Assembly: GCA_016927565.1 (NCBI GenBank)
Contig: JAFGMK010000015.1
Location: 1,149-65,148 of the forward strand
Direction: 5' to 3'
Length of the DNA stretch: 64,000 nt
DNA from: Minisyncoccota bacterium
GTDB lineage: Bacteria > Patescibacteriota > Microgenomatia > PFEM01 > JAFGMK01
This document shows, in pieces, positions 10,493-19,617 of this stretch. A program made the translations under genes and the position numbers. Position 1 is the first letter of the stretch, and each line of letters opens with the position of its first letter. The notes under the pieces were generated by a model. It had not been told where the DNA came from. It was given only the letters and a program-made list of their open reading frames with translations, and did no database searches.

Positions 10493-11939
10493 TAAAAATA
10501 TACTTTCCTGGCTGGTGATCAGTCTTTTGTTGTTTGTTCCTCTTTATCCGAAGTTTCCTCTTTTTGAAGTGCCGGGAACATATGTTGCCGTCCGTTTGGA
10601 AGATTTTTTGATCGGAGGGGTTTTGTTGATTTGGTTCTTAAAAGAAATAAATCAGGGATGGCCGACTCTGAAACAGCGGGTTTCCCGGCTGGTTTTGCTT
10701 TATTTTTTGGCCGGATTGGTTTCGTTAGCCAATGCTCTGCTGATTAGCCGGGTGATTACTCCTCATTTGGCTTGGCTGCATTTCTTCCGGCGAATAGAAT
10801 ACATGTCTTTGTTTTTTGTTGCTTTGGCTTCAGTTCGGGAAAAAAGACACATCCTGAGCTATGCGCTAACTCTTTTTTTGGCCGCTGCCGGGGTTTTTCT
10901 TTTTGGTTTAGGTCAAAAATATCTCAATTGGCCGGTAATTTCGACGATGAACGAAGAGTTCAGCAAGGGAATGGCTTTGTATTTGAGCAAATGGACCAGG
11001 ATTAATTCTACTTTTGCCGGTCATTACGACTTAGCCGCCTTTGCGGTTTTAATTTTTTCTCCTTTCCTGGGTTTTATGATGGGGGTTAAAAGAAGGTGGC
11101 TGAAGCTGGCGGGGCTGACGGTAGCGGTAATGGCTTTTTATCTTTTAATTTTAACAGCTTCAAGAATTTCTTTCGGAGCGTATTTGATTAGCGCTGTTCT
11201 GGTCCTTTTTTGGCTAGGGAAAAAGAAATTGGCTTTGCCGTTGGTTGGTTTGAGTCTGGCAGTGATGCTTTTAACCGGAGACTTGGGGCAAAGATTTGCC
11301 GCTACTTTTAATCTTGATTTGAAACTGAACCTGCCGAAGATTAAATTAGGCCAGAAGAAAGTGGCTCAATTGCCGCAGGCAACAGTGACGCCATTACCGC
11401 CGCCGCCAGCGGAAAATCAGCCGGAGGTTGATGAACTAAAGCCAAAAAAGGCAACAGGTGAGGGCGAAATTCAGGAAAAAAAGAAAGCGACAGTCGAGGT
11501 TTATTTTCCCGAGCCCGAGTCGGTTGAATTGGCTGCTCAGCGATCGGGGGAGATCCGTTTTAAAGTTGAATGGCCGCGGGCAATAAGAGCTTTTCTGAAG
11601 AATCCTCTGGTAGGAACGGGATTTTCCTCAGTAACTCTGGCCACTGATAATGACTACTTACGGATTTTAGCCGAAACCGGCCTTTTGGGCGGAATTAGTT
11701 TTGCCTTGATTTTTTTGGAATTTTTCAAAAAGTTTTTTGTTTTTCACCGGAAAACCAAGTGGTGTCCTCAAAAGGCAGTAGTTACCGGCATCGCCGGAGC
11801 AATGGTCGGTTTTTTGGCAAACGCTGTTTTTATTGATGTTTTTGAGGCTTCCAAGGTGGCTTTTCTGTTTTGGATGCTTATGGGAATTATGGTGGGAACA
11901 ATTAATTTATATCAAACAAGGGATTTATTTCAAAATTAA
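10467..11939 (+). CDS. O-antigen ligase / Wzy_C family membrane protein
   Basis: RINSTFAGHYD, LTASR, W..AI..F.KNPLVGTG, DNDYLRILAETGLLG. Confidence 0.82.
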   Translation: MVRHSGWFDKNILSWLVISLLLFVPLYPKFPLFEVPGTYVAVRLEDFLIGGVLLIWFLKEINQGWPTLKQRVSRLVLLYFLAGLVSLANALLISRVITPHLAWLHFFRRIEYMSLFFVALASVREKRHILSYALTLFLAAAGVFLFGLGQKYLNWPVISTMNEEFSKGMALYLSKWTRINSTFAGHYDLAAFAVLIFSPFLGFMMGVKRRWLKLAGLTVAVMAFYLLILTASRISFGAYLISAVLVLFWLGKKKLALPLVGLSLAVMLLTGDLGQRFAATFNLDLKLNLPKIKLGQKKVAQLPQATVTPLPPPPAENQPEVDELKPKKATGEGEIQEKKKATVEVYFPEPESVELAAQRSGEIRFKVEWPRAIRAFLKNPLVGTGFSSVTLATDNDYLRILAETGLLGGISFALIFLEFFKKFFVFHRKTKWCPQKAVVTGIAGAMVGFLANAVFIDVFEASKVAFLFWMLMGIMVGTINLYQTRDLFQN

Positions 11940-11941
11940 AA

Positions 11942-13408
11942 ATGAAAAAAAAGACAGGGATAATTCTTATTTTGATTATTTTATTGGGATTCGGACTTCG
12001 TTTTTATAAGTTAAATATTCCCTTGGCCGATCATCATTCCTGGCGCCAGGCTGATACCGCGGCGGTTGCCCGGAATTTTGCCGAAGAAAATTTTGATTTT
12101 TTAAGGCCTCGGATTGATAACCTGGCTCCGCTTCATGCTCCTGACCTGCCGAATCCTCAGCGTCTTTTTTTGGCTGAGCCGCCAATTTACAATTCAATTG
12201 TAGCCGTTTTTTATCGCCTTTTTGGGGTGAAAGAAAGTCTTGCCCGCCTGGTTTCGGTCTTTTTTTATCTGGGATCGGGGTTTTTCCTTTTTTTCCTGTT
12301 AAAGGATGCCTTTTCTGAATCGATGGCGCTTTGGGCTGTATTTTATTTGGTTATTTTACCGTTCGGAGTTTTTTATTCCCGGGCTGTTTTACCGGAGTCG
12401 CTGATGATTTTTGTCAGTTCGGGAATGTTGTTTACTTTTTCCAGGTGGCTTGAGAAGAAAAGTCTTTTCAGTTTTTTGACGGCAACCGTTTTTGCCGCTT
12501 TGGCTTTGACCCAGAAAGCCTTTCCTTTTTTTCTGGGATTACCTATGGCTTATTTGCTTTTAAAAAAATGGGGGGTAAGTTTTTTAACTCAGAAAAAAAA
12601 AGCAATATCTCTTTTGGTCTATTTGGTTCTGATTTCAGCCCCGATTTTTTTCTGGCGGCAATGGATTCACAATTTTCCTCAGGGAATTCCTCCTTTTGAT
12701 TGGCTTTTTAATCAAGGAGGAATTCGCTTCCGGCCTGCTTTTTTCCGTTGGATTTTTTTTGAAAGGATCGGGAAACTAATTTTGGGAATCTGGGGATTAC
12801 CGCTTTTTTGCCTTGGTCTGGCGGTTAAAGTGAGAAGAAAATTTGGCTGGTTTTTTCATCTTTGGCTGATTGCCTTTTTAATCTATGTTTTTGTTTTGGC
12901 CTCCGGCAATGTCACTCATGATTATTATCAAATTCCCTTTTTGCCCCTGGCGGCCATTTTTTTGGCTCGGGGAACCGATTGGCTTCTCAAAGCTTCCGGA
13001 CAATCTTTTTCCCGGATAATTTCTTATCTGCTGTTTTTCATTTGTTCGGTTTTTATGCTGGCTTTTTCCTGGTATCAGGTAAGAGATTTTTATTTTATCC
13101 AGGGAGGAGTTGATCTGGCCGGCCGAGCAGTGGATTTATTGACCCCCAAAGAAGCTCTGGTTTTAACCGGTGATTCAAATGATGCCACTTTGCTTTATAA
13201 TTGCCATCGTCACGGCTTTACCGGCGGCTATGCCTCTTATTTCCCTAACGATCCGGAGTCTTTGGAAAGAGCCAGATCTCAAGGAGCCTCTGTTTATGTG
13301 ACGACTAAAATTAGCGAACTGGAATTTTCTGAGTTTGGCCGGTATCTGCGGGAAAACTATCAGTTGATTCAAGGGAGCAATCAGTATTTAATTTTTGACT
13401 TAAGATGA
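11942..13408 (+). CDS. GT-C (ArnT-like) membrane glycosyltransferase
   Basis: HSWRQADTAAVARNF, EPPIYN, YSRAVLPE, HDYYQ. Confidence 0.85.
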   Translation: MKKKTGIILILIILLGFGLRFYKLNIPLADHHSWRQADTAAVARNFAEENFDFLRPRIDNLAPLHAPDLPNPQRLFLAEPPIYNSIVAVFYRLFGVKESLARLVSVFFYLGSGFFLFFLLKDAFSESMALWAVFYLVILPFGVFYSRAVLPESLMIFVSSGMLFTFSRWLEKKSLFSFLTATVFAALALTQKAFPFFLGLPMAYLLLKKWGVSFLTQKKKAISLLVYLVLISAPIFFWRQWIHNFPQGIPPFDWLFNQGGIRFRPAFFRWIFFERIGKLILGIWGLPLFCLGLAVKVRRKFGWFFHLWLIAFLIYVFVLASGNVTHDYYQIPFLPLAAIFLARGTDWLLKASGQSFSRIISYLLFFICSVFMLAFSWYQVRDFYFIQGGVDLAGRAVDLLTPKEALVLTGDSNDATLLYNCHRHGFTGGYASYFPNDPESLERARSQGASVYVTTKISELEFSEFGRYLRENYQLIQGSNQYLIFDLR

Positions 13409-14622
13409 AAATTTTGATGATTACGCCCTATTTGCCTTATCCGCCTTCCTCCGGGGGGCAGGTAAGGTCTTACAATCTTATCAAGCAATTGGCGACCCGT
13501 CATGAAATTACTCTTTTTTCTTTAATTAAAGACCCCGGTGAAAAAAAATATGTCAAAAAACTTTTACATTATTGTCGAAAGGTGGGCGTTTTTGCCAGAT
13601 CGAAAAAAGCCTGGAATCTTAAAAATATTTTACAGACCGGCTTTGGCCTTTTCCCCTTTTTAGTGGTCAGGAATTTTTCCTCTGAGGCTAAATGGGCTTT
13701 AGTCAAAGAGCTTAAGAATTATCATTACGATTTGATTCATGCGGAAACTTTTTATGTAATGCCCCATCTGCCGATGTCTGCGGTTCCGGTTTTGCTGGTT
13801 GAGCAGACAATCGAATATCAGGTTTACGCCCATTTTGCCAAAAACCTGACCGGTTGGGCCAGGCTTTTAAAACCACTGCTTTATCTTGACGTGGCTAAAC
13901 TCAGGTGGTGGGAAAAATACTATTGGCAAAAAGCCGAGGGGGTGATCGCTGTTTCGGAAGCGGATAAGAATAAAATGATGACTCTTTGCCCCCGGCTTAA
14001 AGTAGGGGTTGTGCCCAATGGAGCGGGAGAAGATTTGATGAAGCTTTGGGGGAAGACAAAGCCGGCTAAAAAGCCGACTTTCTTTTTCCAGGCCAATTTT
14101 AGCTGGTTGCAAAACATTGAAGCGGCTCGGATTTTGGCCAGAGAGGTTTTTCCCCGGATTAAAAAAGAAATTCCCGAGGCGGAGTGCTGGATTGTAGGCC
14201 AAAGCGCCAGAGATAAAATTGGCTCCTTGAGTTCGGCTGATGTTAAAATTGTTGATCTTAAGACAGCTGATATCAAAGGAGTGGTTGAGGCTTATAAGCA
14301 AGCTACTGTTTTCATTGCTCCTTTACAAGGTCCGGGAGGCACTCGGTTGAAAATCCTGGCGGCAATGGCAGCCGGAGTGCCGGTGATTACGACTCGCGTG
14401 GGGATTGAAGGAATTGATGCTCGTGATGGCCGGGAGATTATTATCAGGGATAATTGGTCTGAAATGGCCAGGGCGGCTGTTCTTTTGATTCGTCAGAAGA
14501 AAGCCCGTTTCGGGTTGGCCTACTCTGCCCGCAAATTGATCGAAAGGCGTTACAGTTATCAAAGCATTGCCCGGTCATTGGCCCGGGTTTATCGGGAGAT
14601 TGCCGATGAGAAAAAAAGTTGA
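13405..14622 (+). CDS. Glycosyltransferase family 4
   Basis: PYPPSSGGQVR, GGTRLKILAAMAAGVPVITT. Confidence 0.9.
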   Translation: MKILMITPYLPYPPSSGGQVRSYNLIKQLATRHEITLFSLIKDPGEKKYVKKLLHYCRKVGVFARSKKAWNLKNILQTGFGLFPFLVVRNFSSEAKWALVKELKNYHYDLIHAETFYVMPHLPMSAVPVLLVEQTIEYQVYAHFAKNLTGWARLLKPLLYLDVAKLRWWEKYYWQKAEGVIAVSEADKNKMMTLCPRLKVGVVPNGAGEDLMKLWGKTKPAKKPTFFFQANFSWLQNIEAARILAREVFPRIKKEIPEAECWIVGQSARDKIGSLSSADVKIVDLKTADIKGVVEAYKQATVFIAPLQGPGGTRLKILAAMAAGVPVITTRVGIEGIDARDGREIIIRDNWSEMARAAVLLIRQKKARFGLAYSARKLIERRYSYQSIARSLARVYREIADEKKS

Positions 14623-15529
14623 TCTTTCAGTAATAATCCTCAGTTTTAATACCAGAAGCCTGCTTTATGATTGTCTTCGGTCAGTCTTGAAAGCGGCGAA
14701 AACGGCTTCTGCTTATCAAATTCAGATAATTGTGGTTGATAATGCTTCTAAAGATAAAAGCTCTCAGATGGTCAAAAAAGCCTTTCCTCAAGTTGGTTTA
14801 ATCCAAAACAGAAAGAATCTTGGTTTTTCTGCCGGGAACAATGTCGGGCTTAAAAAGGCCCGGGGAGGATATGTTCTGTTTTTAAATTCCGATACCATAG
14901 TTTCCCCCCGGGCTTTTCAGGAAATTATCACTTTTCTAAATCAGAATCCCGGGGCCGGAGCGGTTTCGGCTAAAACAATGCTGGCCAGCGGCAGGATGGA
15001 TCCCGACTGTCATCGGGGTTTTCCCACTCCCTGGGCCTCTTTGACCTATTTTTTGGGCTTAGAACGGCTTTTTCCCCGAAGCCGTATTTTTGGCCAGTAT
15101 CATCAGTTTTTTAAAAATCTGGATAAGGTTCACGAAATAGATGCCGGCGCAGGCGCTTTTATGGTTGTGAGGAGAAAGATGCTTCGGCAGGTTGGTAACT
15201 GGGATGAAGGTTATTTTTTTTACGGCGAAGATTTGGATTTTTTCTACCGGATTAAGAAAGGCGGCTGGCAGGTATTGTTTTATCCCCGTCCTTTATTAAC
15301 CCATTATAAGGGGGCCAGCTCAGGTTTGAGAAAAGAATCCCGGGGAAAGACCAGGCCGAGCCGGAAAACCCGTCTTCAGGTTGCCAGGGCTTCAGTTCAG
15401 GCGATGGAAATTTTTTACCGTAAGTTCTATCGGGATGTTTATCCCCGATGGCTAACCTGGCTCGTTCTTTTAGCCATCAGACTGAAAGGTTTTTTGAGAA
15501 TCACCGCTAATTATCTAAGAAAAGATTAA
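14606..15529 (+). CDS. Glycosyltransferase family 2
   Basis: VVDNASKD, FLNSD, FYGEDLD; ATG at 14606 preferred. Confidence 0.9.
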   Translation: MRKKVDLSVIILSFNTRSLLYDCLRSVLKAAKTASAYQIQIIVVDNASKDKSSQMVKKAFPQVGLIQNRKNLGFSAGNNVGLKKARGGYVLFLNSDTIVSPRAFQEIITFLNQNPGAGAVSAKTMLASGRMDPDCHRGFPTPWASLTYFLGLERLFPRSRIFGQYHQFFKNLDKVHEIDAGAGAFMVVRRKMLRQVGNWDEGYFFYGEDLDFFYRIKKGGWQVLFYPRPLLTHYKGASSGLRKESRGKTRPSRKTRLQVARASVQAMEIFYRKFYRDVYPRWLTWLVLLAIRLKGFLRITANYLRKD

Positions 15530-15554
15530 TTCTGGCCGAATTAAAAGAGGTTTT

Positions 15555-16688
15555 ATGAGAATTGGGATTGATGCCCGCTTCTGGGGGCTGGAGCATACCG
15601 GTATTGGCCGCTATGTAATGGCCCTGGTTAGCCACCTTGAAAAAATTGACTCGGGAAATGATTACTTTATTTTTTTAAGAGAAAAATACTTTAACCGGCT
15701 GGAATTTTCCAATCCCCGGTTCAGAAAAGTTTTGGCTGATTTTCCTCATTATTCTTTAAAAGAGCAGATCGCTTTCCGGCGGGTTTTGCTCCGCCAGAAA
15801 CTTGATTTGGTTCATTTTCCCCATTTTAATTTGCCTGTTTTTTACCCCGGTCGTTTTGTGGTGACGATTCACGATTTGATTAAACATGAATCAAGGGGGC
15901 CTTTAACAACTACCCGCTTCAAAGCCTTTTATTACTTTAAATACCTGGGTTATTTACTGGTTCTGAATTTAGCCTTGAGGCGAGCGAAAAAAGTGATTGT
16001 TCCCAGTTTTTGGTGGAAACGAAAGTTAATCAAAAAATTCGGTCTGGAAGCGGATAAAATCGGAGTGACTTATGAATCGGTGAGTGAGGCTTTTTTTCGC
16101 AAAAATGATTTGAAGATCGGAAAGAAAATTTTGACCAAATATGGCATTCAGACTCCCTTTGTGATTTATACCGGCAATCTTTATCCTCATAAAAATGTTT
16201 TAACCTTAGTTAAGGCGATTAAAAAAATTAATCGGGAAAGGCGGCTTTTTTTAGTAATTGTTTGCGCCAAAAGTGTTTTTTGGCAGCGTTTCCAAAAAGA
16301 AATTAGTCAATTGGGGGCGGGAGATTTAGTTATTTTGGCCGGTTTTGTCTCTGATGCGGAGCTGACGAATCTTTATCGGTTGGCAGAGGCATTTGTTTTT
16401 CCGACTCTTTTGGAGGGTTTTGGCTTGCCGGGTCTGGAGTCAATGGCGGCTGGCTTGCCGGTTGTTTGTTCCCGCTCTTCTTGTTTGCCTGAGATTTATC
16501 AAAAAGCGGCTTTGTATTTTAACCCCAAAAAAGCGATTGATATTAAAGAAAAAATTGAACTGCTTTTGGAAAATAAATATCTACGAAAAGAACTTATTCG
16601 AAAAGGTAAAAGTCGGGTAAAGGGTTTTAGCTGGGAGAGGATGGCTCGGGAAACGATTGAGATTTATCAACAGGCAATTGAGGTTTAA
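15555..16688 (+). CDS. Glycosyltransferase family 4
   Basis: MRIGIDAR, YPHKN, EGFGLPGLE. Confidence 0.92.
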   Translation: MRIGIDARFWGLEHTGIGRYVMALVSHLEKIDSGNDYFIFLREKYFNRLEFSNPRFRKVLADFPHYSLKEQIAFRRVLLRQKLDLVHFPHFNLPVFYPGRFVVTIHDLIKHESRGPLTTTRFKAFYYFKYLGYLLVLNLALRRAKKVIVPSFWWKRKLIKKFGLEADKIGVTYESVSEAFFRKNDLKIGKKILTKYGIQTPFVIYTGNLYPHKNVLTLVKAIKKINRERRLFLVIVCAKSVFWQRFQKEISQLGAGDLVILAGFVSDAELTNLYRLAEAFVFPTLLEGFGLPGLESMAAGLPVVCSRSSCLPEIYQKAALYFNPKKAIDIKEKIELLLENKYLRKELIRKGKSRVKGFSWERMARETIEIYQQAIEV

Positions 16689-16709
16689 ATCAGCCTTCTT
16701 ACTTTGGAA

Positions 16710-17867
16710 ATGAACGCCGGTGTGAAGACAGACTTAGATAAATTGCGCGTGGCCTTGGTTTATGATCGGGTCAATAAATGGGGTGGGGCGGAAAGAGTTT
16801 TATTGGCCCTTAAAAAAATTTTTCCTCAAGCTCCTCTTTTTACCAGCGTTTATTTACCAAAATCGGCTTCTTGGGCTAAAAATTGGCCGGTCAAACCCTC
16901 CTTCGGGCAAAGATTTCCTCTGGTTAAAAAACGGCATGAATTTTTTCCCTGGTTAATGCCGTTTATTTTTGAAAGCTTTGATTTTAGGGGTTATCAACTG
17001 GTAATTTCCGTTACCAGTGCCGAAGCCAAAGGAATTATCACACCGCCGGAAACATGTCATCTTTGTTATTGTCTGACGCCGACCCGATATCTTTGGAGCG
17101 GACGGCGGGTTTACTTTGATTCGCCGGGTTTTGGCTGGCTGGACGGAATTGCCAAAAAGGCTTATCGTTTTTTTCTGCCGTTTTTGTTAAGGTGGGATAA
17201 GGTAGCGGCGCAAAGGCCGGATAGTTATCTGGCCATTTCCGGAGAAGTTCGGCAAAGAATAAAAAAAAATTACCGGCGAGATGCGGAGATAATTTATCCG
17301 CCGGTAGACCTTGATAAATTTAAAATTAAAGATGATAAATTTAAGACCAGAAAAAAAAATTACTTCTTGGTGGTTTCCAGGCTGGTGCCTTATAAGCGGA
17401 TTGACTTGGTAATCGAAGCTTTTAATCAGCTTGACCGACCGCTTAAAATTGCTGGTATCGGCTCTCAGATGTCCTTTTTAAAGAAGATGGCGGGGCCGAA
17501 AATTGAATTTTTGGGCCAGTTGACAGAAAAGGCGCTTTTAAGCTACTATAATTCTTGCCGAGCGGTCATTTGCCCGCAGGAGGAAGATTTTGGCTTGGTT
17601 CCCCTTGAAGCTCAAGCTTGTGGTAAGCCGGTAATTTCTTACCAAGGAGGAGGGGCTTTAGAGACGGTCGTTAAAAACCGGACAGGGGAATTTTTTTATC
17701 CGCAAACAGCCGATGCCTTAGCCCGGACAGTACTCGGTTTTAATGTCGGCAGGTATTGTCCGGATGATTGTCGGAGAAACGCTCAAAGATTCAGCCAGAA
17801 ATTATTTATTAGGAAATTTACTAAGAAAACGGAGGAGATATGGAAAAAATTCTCTCAAGAAAATTAA
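16710..17867 (+). CDS. Glycosyltransferase family 4 (mannosyltransferase-like)
   Basis: WGGAERVL, RLVPYKRID, EEDFGLVPLEAQACG. Confidence 0.9.
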   Translation: MNAGVKTDLDKLRVALVYDRVNKWGGAERVLLALKKIFPQAPLFTSVYLPKSASWAKNWPVKPSFGQRFPLVKKRHEFFPWLMPFIFESFDFRGYQLVISVTSAEAKGIITPPETCHLCYCLTPTRYLWSGRRVYFDSPGFGWLDGIAKKAYRFFLPFLLRWDKVAAQRPDSYLAISGEVRQRIKKNYRRDAEIIYPPVDLDKFKIKDDKFKTRKKNYFLVVSRLVPYKRIDLVIEAFNQLDRPLKIAGIGSQMSFLKKMAGPKIEFLGQLTEKALLSYYNSCRAVICPQEEDFGLVPLEAQACGKPVISYQGGGALETVVKNRTGEFFYPQTADALARTVLGFNVGRYCPDDCRRNAQRFSQKLFIRKFTKKTEEIWKKFSQEN

Positions 17868-18970
17868 AAAAACACCTCTATGTCTCAATTCTTTGCGGGG
17901 GGGTGGGAACAAGACTCTGGCCGCGGTCGCGTAAAAAAACTCCTAAGCAGTTTATTGATCTTTTTGGGGAAAAAACGATTTTTCAAAGGACAATTGATCG
18001 GGCAAAAAAGATTACCACCCCGGATAAAATTTTTGTTGTTACCGGGTCGATTTACGTTGATCAGGTTTTAACTCAGGCGCCGGATTTACTTTTAAGAAAT
18101 ATCATTGCCGAACCGCAGGGTAAGGACACTGCTCTGGCAATGGCTGTCGGGACGGCTTTCATTTACCAAAAAGACCCCGAGGCAATAGTGATTAATCTGG
18201 CCTCTGATCATGCCATCCCGCTTAAAGAAACCGAAACGTTTGTTAAAGATCTTCACGCCGCGGCTCGAGCGGCTGAGGAATTAAAGGACAAAATAATTAC
18301 TGTCGGCATCAAGCCGTCTTATCCTCATACCGGCTATGGCTACATTGAAGCAGGTGATTATCAAACTAAAATTGCCGGCAAGAAAATTTATGAAGTGGCT
18401 CAATTTACGGAAAAGCCGGATCGTCAGACAGCTGAGAAATTTATTGCCACCAAAAAATATTTCTGGAATGCCAATCTTTATACCTGGAAAGCAAAAGTTT
18501 TCTTGGCGACAATTAAAAAAATTGCGCCTAAATTAAGCCAGTCAGTGGACAATATCAGGGAATCAATCGGCAAGTCGGCGGAGGCTAAAGTTCTACGACG
18601 GGTTTATAAAGAGGCAGAAAAGATCTCAATTGATTATGCCGTATCGGAGAAAGCTGAGAATCTGGCTTTAATTGCCGCTGATTTCGGCTGGGATGACATC
18701 GGCGATTGGAATGTGGTTTATGAACGGGCCAAAAAAGACAAAGACGGCAATGTGGTGATTAAATGGGGGGGCAATGGCGGTTATGTGGTGGTTGAAAGCA
18801 ATAATAACCTGATCCATTTTAATAATCAGTTGTTGGCTTTGGTTGGGGTAAAAGATCTGATTGTGGTTGATACTGACGATGCTCTTTTAATCTGTCACCG
18901 CCAGGAAGCTCAGAAGGCAAAAGAAATTGTTAATAAAATTAAAGAAGAAGGCAAGTTGAAATATTTATAA
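17840..18970 (+). CDS. manC: Mannose-1-phosphate guanylyltransferase
   Basis: CGGVGTRLWPRSR..PKQF, TGYGYIE, FTEKPD, SIDYAVSEK, GWDDIG. Confidence 0.93.
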   Translation: MEKILSRKLKKHLYVSILCGGVGTRLWPRSRKKTPKQFIDLFGEKTIFQRTIDRAKKITTPDKIFVVTGSIYVDQVLTQAPDLLLRNIIAEPQGKDTALAMAVGTAFIYQKDPEAIVINLASDHAIPLKETETFVKDLHAAARAAEELKDKIITVGIKPSYPHTGYGYIEAGDYQTKIAGKKIYEVAQFTEKPDRQTAEKFIATKKYFWNANLYTWKAKVFLATIKKIAPKLSQSVDNIRESIGKSAEAKVLRRVYKEAEKISIDYAVSEKAENLALIAADFGWDDIGDWNVVYERAKKDKDGNVVIKWGGNGGYVVVESNNNLIHFNNQLLALVGVKDLIVVDTDDALLICHRQEAQKAKEIVNKIKEEGKLKYL

Positions 18971-18984
18971 AAACAGAAGCTGAT

Positions 18985-19608
18985 ATGTTTTATGAGACAG
19001 TTAAAAGGGTTTTGGATCTTTTGGTGGCAGTCATTTTGGCGATTATATTTTCACCCTTTTTCCTGATTGTTCCGGTAATTATTAAATTGACTTCTCCGGG
19101 GCCGGTTTTCTACGGTCAAAAGAGAGTCGGCAAGAATGGCCGGGAATTTACCCTTTATAAATTCCGGTCAATGGTAGTCAATGCAGATGAAATTATTGCC
19201 AAAGACAAAGACCTGTTAAAAAAATTTCAGGATTCTGATTGGAAACTGGATATGAAGGATGATCCGAGGATTACTAAATTTGGGGCCTTTATTCGGACTT
19301 TTACCATTGATGAATTTCCTCAAATTTTAAATGTTTTTCGGGGGGAGATGAGCGTGGTTGGTCCCCGGGCTTACCGTCAGGAGGAAATAAAACAACAATT
19401 GGCTAAATATCCCAAGGCCAGATCCTTGATGAAAGATATTTTGAAGATAAAGCCGGGAATTACCGGACCCTGGCAAACCTCGGGTAGAAATGAAGTTCCT
19501 TTTCTTCAGCGAGCCAAACTGGATGCGGCTTACTATCGTTCCCGCTCGATTTGGCAGGATATCTTAATTTTATTGAAAACTCCCAAGGCGATGTTATCTA
19601 AATGGTAA
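18985..19608 (+). CDS. Priming sugar-phosphate transferase (WbaP/WcaJ catalytic domain)
   Basis: KRVLD, YKFRSM, DPRITKFG, DEFPQ, MSVVGPR, KPGITG. Confidence 0.93.
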   Translation: MFYETVKRVLDLLVAVILAIIFSPFFLIVPVIIKLTSPGPVFYGQKRVGKNGREFTLYKFRSMVVNADEIIAKDKDLLKKFQDSDWKLDMKDDPRITKFGAFIRTFTIDEFPQILNVFRGEMSVVGPRAYRQEEIKQQLAKYPKARSLMKDILKIKPGITGPWQTSGRNEVPFLQRAKLDAAYYRSRSIWQDILILLKTPKAMLSKW

Positions 19609-19617
19609 AATAGAAAA

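Noticed and set aside
17520-17552. TTGACA...TACTATAAT inside a GT4 gene as an internal manC promoter
   Set aside because: Plausible, but also explained by the coding sequence (LTE...SYYN); cannot be decided without TSS data
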